From: the human T2T-CHM13v2.0 reference genome, Homo sapiens
Length of the DNA stretch: 64,000 nt
NCBI RefSeq assembly: GCF_009914755.1
Contig: NC_060936.1
Strand: one strand, 5' to 3'
Shown: piece after piece, positions 1 through 16,206 of the stretch
Position numbering within the stretch: the first letter of the stretch is position 1
How the letters are laid out: every line of letters begins with the position of its first letter
Made by a program: the position numbers and the translations under genes
The notes under the pieces: model-generated
Told to the model about the DNA's origin: nothing
Seen by the model: the letters and a program-made list of their open reading frames with translations, nothing else
The model's database searches: none

Positions 1-159
1 TATTCCTATGGGTGTAGTGGTAAAGGTAGTGGATGAAGATATATATGAAATGAGATCTGCCATGAATTGTTAATCATTGAAGGTAGATGATGAGTAACTA
101 TCTGTTCTTTTGCTACATATGTTTGAAATTTTCCATCATAAAAAGATGTGTTTTTCATC

Positions 160-456
<297 letters not shown>

Positions 457-732
457 TTAATTAATTTTAAAAAAAGTGACCTGGTGTTGGTCTGATTTCT
501 GGCAAGTGGATAGAGGATATAGCCAGAGGATACGCTATTTCTATTTATAAGCCTTTATTACTTTTATGTTTTTCAGATTTAACGCTGACATCATAATATA
601 AATCACAAACTAAAGGAAAAGAGTATACTATTAAGAAACATTTTCAGAATAGACTGTATGCCCTTCTTCTGTGCTTCCAAGGACATCCTATGCCTATTTT
701 TATAATAGCACCTTCCACACTTTGCTGCAATC

Positions 733-1084
<352 letters not shown>

Positions 1085-1458
1085 TAGGGATCTTGTGCCA
1101 AATGCCTGGCACATCATAAGCATTCAGTAAATATTTAGTGAACAGAGGAATAAAATTATGTCTGTGAAGTTCACAACACATAAAGCACATACTGATACCA
1201 AACATCATGCATTATGATTTTCAGAAGTTAATTAGGAAAAACTAACACTAACTTTGCCCCAACAGTAAAAATTCATACTTTTTTGTGCCCAAGAAAGATC
1301 CTCTAGATTTTAAGAATGATAAAATTACAGTAATGAAAATGAATAAACATGTATTAAATGAACTACTATTAAATCAGGTTTGAATGTATGAAAGTGTTCT
1401 ATGCAGAATGTGATATAATAAAAGGCACCATGGTGCTATATCAATGCCAGGAAGTCAC

Positions 1459-1689
1459 CTCTCTGAGTCTTGCCAAGACTTTTCCTGTTCATAATCTTTC
1501 ACTGCTTTCTCTGACTTGTCCTCTTTGTCTTCCCTCTTTCTTCCTCGTTTCTTTCGTTCTTCCTCTTCTGGGGGTTTGCTCCTGCATGCCATCAGACATT
1601 CCAAGACTCTTTGATGTTTCTCTGAGTTGTTGATATGGGCTCTGACAAGGGTTTCTAATTCATTCCACATGATACGGTATTGTTCATCT
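1459..1689 (-). CDS. INTS13: INTS13 exon 14 (DEQYRIMWNELETLVRAH...RKKRGRKR...WQDSER); CDS continues beyond the window's left edge
   Basis: Acceptor ctgcag|, donor GAG|gtgac, 231 nt, in frame with exon 13; basic NLS-like stretch; recognised INTS13 sequence. Confidence 0.95.
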
Positions 1690-1975
1690 CTGCAGCAAAG
1701 ATTTGGAAATACTCTTTAAATAATATTGAAGTGTCACTTTCTAGTGGTAAAGTAAAAACAAATAATGAAATGTGGACTTCCTTCCTCTTACTTGGTACTT
1801 AATAGTGAAATTCTAGGCTACAATATATCCATTTCTATGATTTTGTATTATTTCATCTCAAATATATATATAAACATGTCCTCAAATAGAATTTACATAT
1901 GGAATAAGTTATCTTGAGAAACAATATGTATCAAGTAAATGTGATCTATAAAGTAAGAAAGAAAAAAAAATGTAC

Positions 1976-2130
1976 CTTTTAGGGCCCTTTCCTCTTGTAC
2001 CAACTGTGGAAATAGGTAGAGGATCATTTTTTCTTTCCATATCAACTAAGTTGTATATTGTTTTTTGACAGTTTAACACATCTTCTTCTGTCAGAGATTC
2101 TTTCACAATAACACTGGCTAATGGAACTAC
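1976..2130 (-). CDS. INTS13: INTS13 exon 13 (VVPLASVIVKESLTEEDVLNCQK...GKGPKR)
   Basis: aacag| acceptor, AAG|gtaca donor, 155 nt. Confidence 0.95.
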
Positions 2131-2409
2131 CTGTTAGATTTTTTTTAAAGAAAAAAGAAAATCTGTCTTGAAAAATAAATATCAAAACATCTAGGCAGAA
2201 CTTGATTTTCGAAAGGATTTTAAAGATTATCATGGTGAAGGAATCTATAACTATCACTTCAATTTTTAATTATTAATTCTTTAACTTTAGCAAGCTCATA
2301 TATTTCATTCTTTGCTTAAGAAATGGTATAAATTACAAATTGTCTAATTGATTTCTATAAAGAATATATAACTAATCTATAAGAAAAGTTGAAGCTACTT
2401 AACACTTAC

Positions 2410-2580
2410 CGCTTGCATGTTAAAAATGGTGGTTTGTGAAATGATCATAGGCCAGTAACGGGTATGTTTTTCTAACTGATCTTTTGCTCGTTCCAAAGGG
2501 ACCTCAAGACTTCCATCGATTTTATATCTGGGGTCTAGAAAAGGAGTTAATCTGTTTTCCCTCATAAATTCACCAAAATC
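2410..2580 (-). CDS. INTS13: INTS13 exon 12 (DFGEFMRENRLTPFLDPRYKIDG...FNMQA)
   Basis: attag| acceptor, GCG|gtaagt donor, 171 nt. Confidence 0.95.
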
Positions 2581-2946
2581 CTAATGATAACCAAATAAGA
2601 TAAAATTAGAAACTATGTCTAATGTTTCAGTATGGATTACATGTACTAGTCTGTTTCCCTGATGTCTTCTGTCCTGTGATGTGCAACAAAACATTTTTTC
2701 TAACAGTATCCCTTAACTCCACTACTTTTTTATCCTTTCTGAACTTGAAACCTATCAGCCTTTATATGATGAAAATGAAGAAAGCCTCAAACATAAATGC
2801 ATTCATGGTATGTTTTCCCCACCTTTTGTAAAAACCAAGGAACACTTTTTTTCCCCTTCTGTAATTTAACTTTTCTATCACACACAGATAAAAGAGTCAG
2901 TTAATCACATTAGAAGACCCATTTGCTTATTTAAAAACTACCTTGA

Positions 2947-3252
<306 letters not shown>

Positions 3253-4003
3253 CTACCTTGACATAACATAAACATGTCAACAATAGTTATCTGTGAATGA
3301 TGAAATTATAGGTAATTTACAGGTGTGGGTGTTTTTTTACGATATCTATATTCTCTAAATTTTCTACAATAAATATTGATTAGGCTTCTCCTTATTTAAA
3401 TATTATGTTTTTTAAAAAAATCCTAATTAAAAAGTTACTTACAGTATATAACAGTTTGTGGTTTACAAAGCATATTCATATATATAAATCACACTTAGTT
3501 TTTACAACCACCTCAAGAAGTAAATAGCTATGAAATACCAAATAGGAAAGAGAGGAGGGAGAATGAAAAATCAAGATTAGAACAGAATTTCTACCAAAAA
3601 TGGACATAAATTTCCTTTTATGTTCCTCCCAATAATACAAAAGTTTATGTTATTTCTAAGTAGCAGCAATCCAAATATTCCAGGTTTCTGTTTGCCATTT
3701 AAATTACTAGAAATTAAGTTTCACCTAAAATATTAGTTCAAATCAATTTATTATTTCCTACAATTCCAGCGTGTCATTGCAATTCAGATACATCTCAGTA
3801 TATACTGAATATACAATAAGATTAAACAATGATAAATAGAATTTTTGAGCAAATATTGCAGGAAATTCACCTAATTAAAATAATAATCAACTTCTTCCAG
3901 TCTCTTTTTTTCCACAGACCTTAGCATTTAACGAGCACTCGATAACTACTTGCTGAATGATGACAGATTCAAAACTTAAAATTTATAGATATTAGAGTCT
4001 TAC

Positions 4004-4182
4004 TGTAATCCGGTAGTCTGTAACTCTTCCTCCACATCCTTCACTAATTGAAGGTGGATCTTCTAGAATGGATCGAGAACTGCTAAGGACGTGCAAAAAA
4101 ATCTCTCCTCCATGGCTACTAAGCATATGACTAATGACTTTAGAACCTGACTTTCGTGGTTGTTCCAATAAAACAGAACGAC
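4004..4182 (-). CDS. INTS13: INTS13 exon 11 ([25 protein letters not shown]...DYRIT)
   Basis: gacag| acceptor, ACA|gtaag donor, 179 nt. Confidence 0.95.
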
Positions 4183-5353
4183 CTGTCAAAAACAAGATTA
4201 CACTATCAGTAATGAAACTCAAATGGGCTCTCATTTATTTCCTTGAGATTTATGTCTAGATTTTTTCATTTTATTTATTGATCCCCGTATTTTAACCAGC
4301 ATTGCTAATTTAGTGTATCTACTCTTCCATGCCTAAAAATCTGAATTCTAGCCTTAACTTTATCTCAGTTACTCCAAGGTTACATAGTTAATACAGTTTC
4401 TCACAACAACTATAGTGGTCTCTGGCATAATACGTTTGGCTATATGGTTCATCCAATTACATGTACATATTGAATTTTTCTCCTGGACCTCAAGAAGAAA
4501 AGTGAGACAACTGCTCCATAATCCTCAGGTTATTAATGCTACAGAACATTTGGGGAGAAGGCACAGTCTCAGTTCACTTACACAACAGTTCCTCATCCAC
4601 ACTGTAATCATAACTACTTTCTATTCTACATGTCCAAATGTTAATCTGAATTTCACCTAGTCTGATAATCAAATTATGCTTAACTAAGAATGACATAACC
4701 TTATGATAAAGACAGACTGACTCTTTAGATCACTAGTTCCAAAACCTGAGATGATCATAAGAATTACCAGAGAAGCTTTTAATTTGGAATCAAATAATTA
4801 AGACTTGTAAAAAATTTTCACACAATGAAACCAGAGATTTAAGGTCACAGGTAAGAATCATATGGTATAATACTAAAAACATAATATTTATTTATGATAA
4901 AGGTATCATGTTCAAATATAAGTAAGTCCACCTTTGATTTGATTTAAAATTCAATGGGCCAAGATAAATGGTCTATATTATTCTAGCTTCTATTTAATTC
5001 TTCAAATCTATTTTCTAATTATAGCTTCTAAAACAAATCAATTTAGACTCTGAAGGTCAAATTTTTTAAATAAAAATACTCACAATTTTATTAAATAAAA
5101 CCTGCTTAGATGCAATAGCCTGAAAGCCAAACCTAAAGTCATCTTTTAAATGTTAGTAAAAACTGTTAAAGGGTATTTCAAATTACATAAGTTTAAAACA
5201 GCTTTGGCAAATAAATGGCAAAGCTACAGTGATGAATATAGCTTTCCAGAGTTCATATTCTTAATAATAATTTCACTCAAATAATAATTTAATAATAAAT
5301 AATTCAAATAATATAAATAATTTCAGTCAAAACCATTAAATAATTAAAGTTAC

Positions 5354-5443
5354 CATTTAGAAGAAAATTAGTAAGGCAGGAGGAAGGTCTACTATTTACA
5401 TCTACAGGTGAAATCCGATAAGCTCCAGTACAATAGTGTAATT
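5354..5443 (-). CDS. INTS13: INTS13 exon 10 ([30 protein letters not shown])
   Basis: tttcag| acceptor, ATG|gtaac donor, 90 nt. Confidence 0.95.
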
Positions 5444-5645
5444 CTGAAATAGAAGAAAACACTGATTTGAAAGAATATAAAGAAATATTCCCACAATTAA
5501 AAGAAAGAAAAAAAAACTTCTTCACTGAGTTCATTGAGTCCTGAAACAATGAAAAACGAAAATGCAAAACAGAATAAATTGACCCCCATATAATACCTTA
5601 AGAACCTTTTGATTTCGTCTTTTTCAGTTATTCTTAAATACCTAC

Positions 5646-5735
5646 CAATGTTATTTGTCCTTGGTGTACACCACTTTAATGTTATTGTTTCTTTAAACGA
5701 GCCTTCTCGACTGCCGCCACCTAGATGCGAATCAC
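5646..5735 (-). CDS. INTS13: INTS13 exon 9 (DSHLGGGSREGSFKETITLKWCTPRTNNI)
   Basis: ttaaag| acceptor, TTG|gtagg donor, 90 nt. Confidence 0.93.
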
Positions 5736-5843
5736 CTTTAAAAATATGTCAGAGACATTACACATTGTATACATGTATCAAAACATCACACTGTATCCCA
5801 TAAATATGTACAATTATGTTTTAATTTAAAAAATAATAAAAGC

Positions 5844-6257
<414 letters not shown>

Positions 6258-6599
6258 TCACTTAAAAACAACAATGAAAAAAATGTCAGAGAAACACTAA
6301 CATTATCAAGTAGATCACAAGCTTCAAATTATTTACCAAGATTTCCAAATGAGTTTAAACTCTCCAAGGGAAAATATCTCTGAGACAACATCTTTTTATC
6401 AGGTCCCCTGGACAAATACCAAAGATATTATCTATGATTAAAATAAATAGTAATTTTCCTCCACATTCATCATTAATCAATCATTTAGGTCATTGCACTG
6501 AAAGTCAATAGCAAGAATTTAAAAAATCTCAAGCATCTACAACTGCTCTTCCCTGCCCACACTATTAAATGATAAAATGACATGGTTAAGTACTCAGAA

Positions 6600-7848
6600 A
6601 AAGCTTAAGGAATCTAAAATGCACAACCATACTGAATTCTAATAAGTTTAGTTAGAAGAAACACAAACCAAGGGATCTGGAAAGTAAATACGTAAGAAGA
6701 TATTAATCTAATAATAATGAACAAATGTGCAACCATAAAGCTGACAAGGCTTTGAAGGAAAATCTACAGTGCTATGAGTGCCTGTAGAGGGAGATCTGTC
6801 CTATTCCAAAACACCAGGAGAAGTTTCCTTGAGAAGTGAAGACTGGTCTGAGTTATAAGGGTATGAGTAGAAATTAAGTAAAGAAATGGAACAGATGCAG
6901 TGTCTCACATCTAAAATCTCAGTGCTTTGTGAGTCCTAAGTGGGAGGATTGCTAGGAGGTCAGGAAACTAGCCTGGGCAACATAGTGAGACCCTGTCTCT
7001 ATGGAAAAAATACAAAAATTAGCCAGGCTTCGTGGTATGCACCTGCAGTCCCAGCTACTCCGGAGGCTGAGGTGGAAGGACTGCTTGTAGCCCGAGGGGT
7101 CGATGCTGCAGTGAGCTATGATCACACTACTGTACTCCAGTCTGAGTCACAAAGTGAGACTCTGTCTCAGATTAAAAAAAGAAAAAAAGAAAAAAAAGAA
7201 GAAGAAGAAATAGAGGAAAGACTATTCAGGCAAAAGAACAATGGATACCAAGATACTGTGGCAGGAGGAAGCATGAAAAATATTAGATCTGTGTGGCTGA
7301 AACAGAGAAGATTAGTATGCTTTGAGATGAGAATAAAAAGGGGGAGGGGGCCAGACAATGAAGGGCCTTGTAAGACATTTAAACAGCTCTGTTGTTTCCT
7401 AAGGGCAACAGAAAAGCATGGGCACGGGGCGGGTTTAAGGTCATGAGAACATGGTCAGGATTAGCATTCTGAAAGTTACTGTAGCTAGAGGGTAAAGAGT
7501 AGATAGGGACAGGCCATTTAGTAGGCTACTGTGAGATACTAGGTAAGGAAATAAAAGGCTGGATTAGGGAAATGTTATTGGTAGCTAAGATGGAGATTTT
7601 GATGTACGAGAGAAAAATTAGTAGACAAAATCAAGAAAATGTGATGATGGATTAGATGTCTCAAAAACGATTCTGAGGTTTTCTGCCTTACATAAATGAA
7701 CAGACAACAGGGCCATTCACTGAAAAAGGAAACAGACTAGTTCAGGTGGCAAAGCTCCTAAGTTGTTTTGGGCATGTTGAAGTGTAGGTGACTGAGAGAC
7801 ATCTAAGAGATACAATTAGGAAGTAGAATATAAAGATCTGGAATTTAG
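6600..7848 (-). mobile_element. L2 remnant interrupted by an old AluJ (~6890-7200, +)
   Basis: Purine-rich degraded L2-like sequence (ttttgggcatgttgaag..., aggctactg) flanking an Alu. Confidence 0.6.
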
Positions 7849-8188
<340 letters not shown>

Positions 8189-8320
8189 TCACCAAGACCT
8201 AGCTACACTGTTACCACCTCAGTAAAACCTGCCTAACTCTTACTGGCACAACCACAGGCAGCCTCCTCCGTGCTCCCACAGCACTCTGTTCCTATTGTTA
8301 AAATAACTTTTGACACATAG

Positions 8321-8715
<395 letters not shown>

Positions 8716-9589
8716 TAACATTTTAAAAATTGATATCACATCACAGGTTCGTAGCAATTTCCATGTAATATATTTTCAAAAACAAGTTCTCTATATTCCT
8801 TTGGTAAACGTTTATATATCCCTGCATCATAATAGTTTCTTTCATGTTAGCAGTTCATTAGGTTTATTCTAAGATTCCTCAGACATGTAACAAATGTCAC
8901 AATTGGCTCATGATTATGCTTCAGAAGATGCATACAACATAATCAAAGTCAACCGTTTCTCTGGCAGCATCAATTTACTAGAAAACATTCTAAAGAATTT
9001 AACCAAATGTCAAAGCTTAAAGGCTTTTAAAATGACCTTCAACATCTTAAAATTTTCATTGTATTTTAGAATTGAATGGAATACTACAGCTCATCTAATC
9101 CAGCATCTTTCATTCATAAGCATGCAAACATACATCTAGAAACATATGGGTCTTGCCAGTTGGTGGCAAAGCTTTAGCTAAAACTTATCTCCTAACTCCA
9201 GAGTCTTCTCCCCTAAACCAAGCCAATACAGTTGCAGAAATCAGTTTGGGAGATGAGATCTATGGATTGAAATAATTTTTAGAGGAAAAAAAACTAACTT
9301 AAATTTCAAAATTTAATTTCTAGGCCAAGTTGAAAGTCTATCACTCTTTCGAGTTTGCTCCTATTCTTTTCCCTTCCTCAAGGTTGTTTGCCTGCAAATG
9401 AAACTGTAATGAGTTTGAGAAAGCCATGGCTATCTTTCTCAGTATTTGTTCTATTAGCCCAGTCTTTTCCGAAGTAAATTCCACAGGACACTAGTTCCAT
9501 TGCCATTAATAGGTGATACTGACAGATAAGTTTGCACAGGGATGAACTAGTCAGTCTGGTTTGTACTGAAGAACTTCTCAAAGCTGTTA

Positions 9590-10562
9590 CAGTAGTCCCC
9601 CGACTTTGCTGTGTCGCTTTCCGTGGTTTCAGTACCTGTGGTCAACTGCAGCCCCAAGATATATATGTATTTTTTGAGATGGAGTCTCACCCTGTTGCCC
9701 AGGTTGGGGTGTAGTGGCATGATCTCAGCTCACTGCAACCTCCGCCTCCCAGGTTCAAGAGATTCTCCTGCTTGAGCCTCACACGTAACCAGGACTACAG
9801 GTACACGCCACCACACCTGGCTAATTTTTTAATTTTTAGTAGAGACGGGCCTTCGCCATGTTGGCCACGCTTGTCTCGAACTCCTGACCTCAAGTGATCT
9901 GCCCACCTTGGCCTCCCAAAGTGCTAGGATTACTGGTGTGAGCCACTACCCCCGGCCTGCAGCCCAAAAACATTAAATACAAAATTCCAGAAATAAACAA
10001 TTCATAAGTTTTACACTGCATGCTGTTCTGAGTAGCATGATGAAGTCTCACACTATGCCACTGTGTCCTGCCTGGGATGTGAATCATTCCTTTGTCCAGC
10101 ATATATATGCTATAAACACTACAAGTCCATTAGCAGCCTTCTTGGTTATCAGATCCACTGTCGAGGTATCATAGTGCTTGTGTTTAAGGTCCATAGTAGC
10201 CTAATGCTATGTCACAATACCTGTATCATTCATCTCAGTTTATCTCATCATGTAGGTATTTTATCATCTCACATCATCCCAAAAACGATGAGTACAGTAC
10301 AATAAGATATTTTGAGAAAGAGGGAGAGAGACCAAGAGACTACATTCATATAACTTTCATTATAATATATTGTTATAATTGTTCAATTTCATTCTTATTG
10401 TTATTGATCTCCTGCTTTGCCTAATTTATATATTAAACTTTATCATAGGTATGTACGTATAGGAGAAAACAGTGTATACAGTATAGGGTTCGAGACCATC
10501 TGAGATTTCAGGCATCCACTGGGGGTCTTGGAATGTCTTCCCTGAGGATGTGGGGGCTACTG
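9590..10562 (+). mobile_element. MER44/Tigger7-type TcMar DNA transposon with nested Alu (~9660-9957, -)
   Basis: TIRs cagtagtcccc...gggggctactg flanked by TA duplications. Confidence 0.85.
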
Positions 10563-10617
10563 TAATATGCTTTCATATGTTAGATCATACAAAATAATAC
10601 TTTCAAATGTCTCTTAC

Positions 10618-10702
10618 CACTTTTCAGGAAATCTACATGTGCATCTTTGTGATGAAGTAGCTCCACATCATAATTGGCAGATGTGTTAGCATGCTGTTCT
10701 TC
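10618..10702 (-). CDS. INTS13: INTS13 exon 8 (EEQHANTSANYDVELLHHKDAHVDFLKS)
   Basis: ttcaag| acceptor, GTG|gtaag donor, 85 nt. Confidence 0.93.
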
Positions 10703-12149
10703 CTTGAAGTAAAATTTCAAACATTTTAAAAAACTTGGTTTTGCTTTCAAAATAATAAAATTATTAATTATTCTTTTGCTTTTTGTTTAAAATGAGGGCA
10801 AATACATTCAATAATAATTAGCTAAAATAATGGGATAATCTATTTAAAGATGCAAGTGTTCCATGCAACATAAACTCCATTAAAAAACAACTGGCAATAT
10901 ACAGGTAATAAAGTATTTAATGATTTTTTTACATTATGTCAGAATTAACAAAGATGACTAACTCAGAAATTTTGAATTTTTTTTACTCCAAATGCAGTCT
11001 TGCCAATATTTTTAATATACAAATATAATGTAATTGAAATAATTTACATAAATTTAAAGCGAAATCATTGTTAAAAAGAGGAAATAGCATCTTTAAATAC
11101 CTACAGTGAATTACCAAATATCAATTATATAAAATACAAACTAATAAACAAGTTTAGTAACTTGTTTTCAGTAATAGGAAATAGGAATTTCAACATTATC
11201 TGTTTACCAAAAAACACAAAGATTGAAGAGTCACACCAGTAGCACACAAATATGATCAAAATTAACAGGCAAGCTATCAGAGTATTTTTCTTATAACACA
11301 TGACATTATATATATTAAAGTGTACCTATTATGTTATTTACTTCTGCATCCAAAAGGTTCTACAGGGTAAGCCTAACATTTGTAGTGAAAAACCGGCCAA
11401 TGGCATTAAGAAATTAACAATGAAAAGATTATAATTCTCATGCAATTTATTGTTCATAATATAGTGGCAGAAAATAGAAACTGGAATGTAAGAAAAATTT
11501 GAATTTTGAGATATAGTGGCTACCTTATATTTGTAAACATAATCAATACAATTAAATTCCATTCCACTCAGTAAAAACCCATTTGAAGCTTACTATGGGC
11601 CGGGCACTGTGCTAGCCCTAAAACAACTTAATGATAATGTTAATATAATGAAAATGAACAGCTAGCAATAGATTCCTTAAAAAATCCACCAGTAAAATCA
11701 CAGAGCTCACATCTATGGTCTTTCAGTTAGAGAGTAATAAACTGATTTAAAACTATGAGCTATTTTCCCCTAGTTAGACCTATTAGCTATAAACACCTTT
11801 ATACTGGGTGGGCAACAACAAAAACATAGAGAATAAAAGATCCACTAGAATACACAAAGTAAGCAAAATCTAATAACACAGCTGTCAAGAAAAGAATCAC
11901 AGAATAATAATTTAAAATAGAAATTATATTTTGATGAAAACAATGACAGCATTTTTTTTTAAGAGAGCTCACATAACGTGTTCTTATTAGAAAACAAAAA
12001 TATAGCATTTTATTCTGTGATCCTTTCTGGTTGCTTTTCAGTATTTACTGACCTGGTCAAAGACATTGAATGTGGGCTAGCAAAACAGAAAATACGATAT
12101 GGGGAGAAAAGGTAAAGGTTCAATTAAAATAAATAATACATGTCCAACA

Positions 12150-12295
12150 ATTATTTATTTATTTATTTTTTTAATATTGAGATGGGATCGTACTATGTTG
12201 ACCAGACTGGTCTCAAACTCCTGGCCTCAAGTGATCCTCCCATCTCAGCCTCCCAAAGTGCTGGGATTACAGGCATGAGCTACCACGCCTGGCCT
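12150..12295 (-). mobile_element. Alu left monomer/FLAM
   Basis: Single Alu arm with T-rich tail. Confidence 0.8.
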
Positions 12296-12356
12296 CAAAC
12301 AAATATTTAAAAAGCAAAGCAGTGCTTTCAAAATAGCAGGAAAAAGAACTGCCTAC

Positions 12357-12485
12357 CTTCATTGGAATATTTGTAATAGTAGTTGAAGCCAAGTCAAAAT
12401 GTTGCTGTACTAAAATATTCAATTTGGTAGCAAGATGCCGTCCTGCACGAACACTATGAACTTCACTGGTTAAAACCGGGGACAA
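12357..12485 (-). CDS. INTS13: INTS13 exon 7 (LSPVLTSEVHSVRAGRHLATKL...NIPMK)
   Basis: tgtag| acceptor, AAG|gtagg donor, 129 nt. Confidence 0.95.
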
Positions 12486-13762
12486 CTACAGAAAAACATA
12501 CAAGAAAAATAATCCACAAAATATTAATTCATTGTGACCTACTGCTAAATATTTTAGTATAAATCCATTAAAATTAAGTATTTTTAACTTTTTAGAAGTT
12601 GGAAAAAAAGGATCCATAAATTAACCATGACAATTATTTTAGCAATACATTTTCATGCATTCATTCACTCACCACATATGTATTAATCAGTTTGCTAGAT
12701 ACCAGAAACTGTGAGTATACAGAACACAGCAGTGAACAGACATAATCCCTGTCCTCCTGAAATTTAGAGTGAAATATTTAAATATATTTCTTTACAATTT
12801 TTACGTCTTTTTATCTATATGCAAAAATGATTTGAAGTACACTGCAGAAAAAATAATTTATTTTGTTGAGAGGACAAAACCCTGCAGATAAAACTAAAAG
12901 AATGAATGTGGAAATCGCCACAAAAATTTCATTCTGTCACCAATAAATAAGGCAGCTAGAAGTAGTGTACAACAAGATAACACAAAATCTTACTCATTCC
13001 AGGGCAATAATATTAATTACAAATAAGTTTTCATTATCATAAAATAAAACTAACATTGCCACATTATCAAAAGAGGCAGAAAAAAGTTAATAAAAAAGAG
13101 GCTTATGCTGGAAACCACTTAAAAACACAATGATGGCAATAATGACTAAAAATACCACTTAACTACAAAAATTCATGGACAAAAGTAATACTAGCGATGT
13201 TTATATTAAATAATGCAAAATGAAAAACCAGGACATATATCTATATTTCTAAACATAAATTACTGATAGAGAATATTATGATGTGGATCTATTTGACAAT
13301 CAACAGGATCATCTATTCCTTTAAAATTATTCAAATTTATTTAAAAAGTAAAACCAAGGTTGGAAAATAAGATTTTTCCCTCTGAATGTGTAAAATTAAT
13401 TTTTTATTGGAATATTTTTTGTTAAAGAGTGTATTGCTTTTCTAATAAGGAAAAAGATTTTTACAGAATAAAAATAATCACTAAAATAAAATTTTAGGAA
13501 CAATACAAACTATGTATGGTTTGTAACACATTTTGATAAAATAAACAAACATGAAAAGGCAGGCAGAATAGGAAACACTTTAAAATCCACAATTATACCA
13601 TAAAGAACCAACCTAGATGTCTTGACATAGAGGTTTACTTTGAAAACTCAAAATATTTTCTTGGCAGAAAATATTGGCAATGGATCATTTTAATGATAAC
13701 CCTTCTCAGTATTTATTATTATTAACCACAATAGTCTTTTCTTTCATTATTTCAACACTCAC

Positions 13763-13853
13763 CTCTTTTTTAGAACGATCAGATACAAGGCTGTCTTCAC
13801 CAACTGGGTAGGTGTGGATCAAGACCAACTCACATTTTTGAATCTGCATGAGA
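13763..13853 (-). CDS. INTS13: INTS13 exon 6 (LMQIQKCELVLIHTYPVGEDSLVSDRSKKE)
   Basis: tttaag| acceptor, GAG|gtgagt donor, 91 nt. Confidence 0.94.
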
Positions 13854-14607
13854 CTTAAAGAGAAATTTTTGACTTAAAATTTAAGAATACATAGTATGTA
13901 AAGAATTCAAGCAGGTAAACTACTAAAACCTTAACATATTAAAACATCATATTGCTACAATTAGATATTACTGTTAACCCAAAAGCTAAATATTAGAAAG
14001 GCAGTATATGTAATTGCTATACCTGTATGAACACTTAATGAGTATACAAATTTAATTTAAATGCAAAAAATAATAATTGTGAGTGTCTGAAGGATAAAGA
14101 GAAAACTCTTATAATTAAGTCTAATTTTCAATAGATAACTGCAACAGCGAAAATGAATATATTGTGTATTAATTTCCCTTATACTAATATTTCTTAAGGA
14201 TAAAATCAGGCAATACTAACCATTAGCTATAATTAGTTATTTCCAAGTTATAGGATTGGTAATGCTAAAAATTTCCCCCAACTTTTTATTTTGAAATTTC
14301 CAGACCCACAGGAAAGTTGAAAGAAAAGTACTATTCAATGAACAACGTATGTCCTTCACCTAGAGTCACTGTTAGCTATATTTGCTTTCTCTATATACTA
14401 TACTTAGGTAGATGTACACTTTTTAATTAAACCATTTGAGAGTAAGTTGCAGAGGGCTTGACGTGTAGTCCTGAACACTTCAGCCTGCTTCGCCTAGTGA
14501 GAACAATCCTACTCATAACAATAACACTATGACCGCACCTAAGAAAACTAATAATCACTCTAAAAAAGTCCACATTGCAATAGTTCCAAACATGTCTTTA
14601 CTAGCTG

Positions 14608-15490
14608 TGACACAATCACAAATATACATATTGGTCTCTGCTCATGCTTCCTGGCACAGAGCTCCCAAAATCCTTGTAACTTCCTAAATGACAGGGGTGC
14701 TAGGAGCATCTTTTGCTCTAATATTTGGTTTCTGACCCCAGTTCTTGACACATAGCTCTTAAGTTCATTGGAATTTCCTGGATGACAGGAGCATCTTTTC
14801 TTCTACTGAGGCAACTTTAGTGGGATCCTGGACAGCTCCCCAATGGGGTCTGGTCACCAGAAAGAACAAGCAATGATTAGAAGCTCAGCAGCATTCAGCC
14901 CCACTCTGCTATCCTCCAGAGAGGGGACAGAAGCTAGATACTGAGTTAATAATCAATCACACCTACATGAAGCCTCCATAAAAATCCCTAAAGTATGGGG
15001 CTCAGAGAGCTTCTAGGTTGGTAAACACATCCATGTGCTGGGAGGGTGGTACACCCCAACTCCACAGGGACAGAACCTGATGCACTTGGGATCCTTCCAA
15101 CCTCACCCACTTCATGTGTCTGTGCATCTGTATCCTTCATAATAAATCAGAAAACTGAAGTGTTTCCCTGAGTTCTGTGAGCCCATCAGAACAAAGTATT
15201 GAACATGAGGAGGGGGTTGTGGAAACACCTAACTTGTAGCCAAGTCAGACGAAAGTGTGGGGAACCACTAGTCGAGATTTGTGTCTAAGTGGGTTACAGT
15301 CTTGTGGAACTGAGTCTGCAATAACTAATCTGTGGGGTCTGTATTAACTCCAAGGATTGTCATAATTGAATTGTAGGACACACAGTTGGTATTCACAGAG
15401 TTGGAGAATTGGTGCGGAAGAAAAACCCACACATTTGATCAAAAGTACTAGTGTGAGTATAGAGGAAAAAAAACTGTTTTCCTTTTCAGA
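14608..15490 (+). mobile_element. MER21-like solo LTR, adjacent to an old L1M 3' fragment (~14280-14600, -)
   Basis: TG...CA ends, internal duplicated gacaggagcatcttt block typical of MER21, AATAAA ~15141. Confidence 0.65.
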
Positions 15491-15619
15491 AACAGAAAAA
15501 GTTTTTTTAAAAAGTCACACAATGCAACTACTTATGTTTAGATGTGGTACATACTGAATAACGCCACTAACAACTTGCACATTTAACAATTTTTTAAAAA
15601 TTTAAATTTAAATTAAATT

Positions 15620-15917
15620 AAATTAAATTTTTTTTGAGACATGGTCTTGCTCTGTCGCCCAGGCTGGAGTGTAGTGGCACAGTCTCGGTTCAATGCAACC
15701 TCTGCCTCCCAGGCTCAAGCAATTTTCCTGCCTCAGCTGCCTGAGTAGCTGGGACTACAGGCACATGCCACCAGGCCCGGCTAATTTTTATATTTTTTGT
15801 AGAGACGGGGTTTTGCCATGTTGCCCAGGCTGGTCTTGAACTCCTGAGCTCAGGTTATCTCTCCACTTCGGCCCCGCAAAGTGCTGGGATAACAGGCATA
15901 AGCCACTACACCCAACA
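15620..15917 (-). mobile_element. AluJ
   Basis: Alu consensus. Confidence 0.88.
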
Positions 15918-16206
15918 CATTTTACAAATTCGAAACACAACTATGAGAAAAAAACCATCAAAACAAATACACATTATAAATTTATGTATTATTTTATCCT
16001 TTTGATCACCTTTCTTGTGGGAGAAAAGTAAATTAAAGTGAAAGGGAAAATGGAAAAAAAAGTTTCTGATCAAACATACATTTTTTGACTAATTTGTTGA
16101 GTCAATAGAGAATTCAGGGAAACGCTACCAGTCAAGTTATTGGAAATAATTATAACATATATCTATCCACATGAACATATTTATTTCATTTATGAATTAT
16201 ACTCAC

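Noticed and set aside
6940-7446. 168-aa ORF and the many ...LECSG...HCNL... ORFs across the window
   Set aside because: Translations of Alu/L2 sequence, with no splice or coding support
9378-9581. Intronic ORF containing WANRTNT...FAG, loosely like the INTS13 C-terminal WSNRINT...FAG
   Set aside because: Only a few residues match, spacing differs and there are no convincing splice sites; probably chance
11327-11372. AG...GT-bounded segment in INTS13 intron 7
   Set aside because: Weak acceptor and donor, nothing else in support
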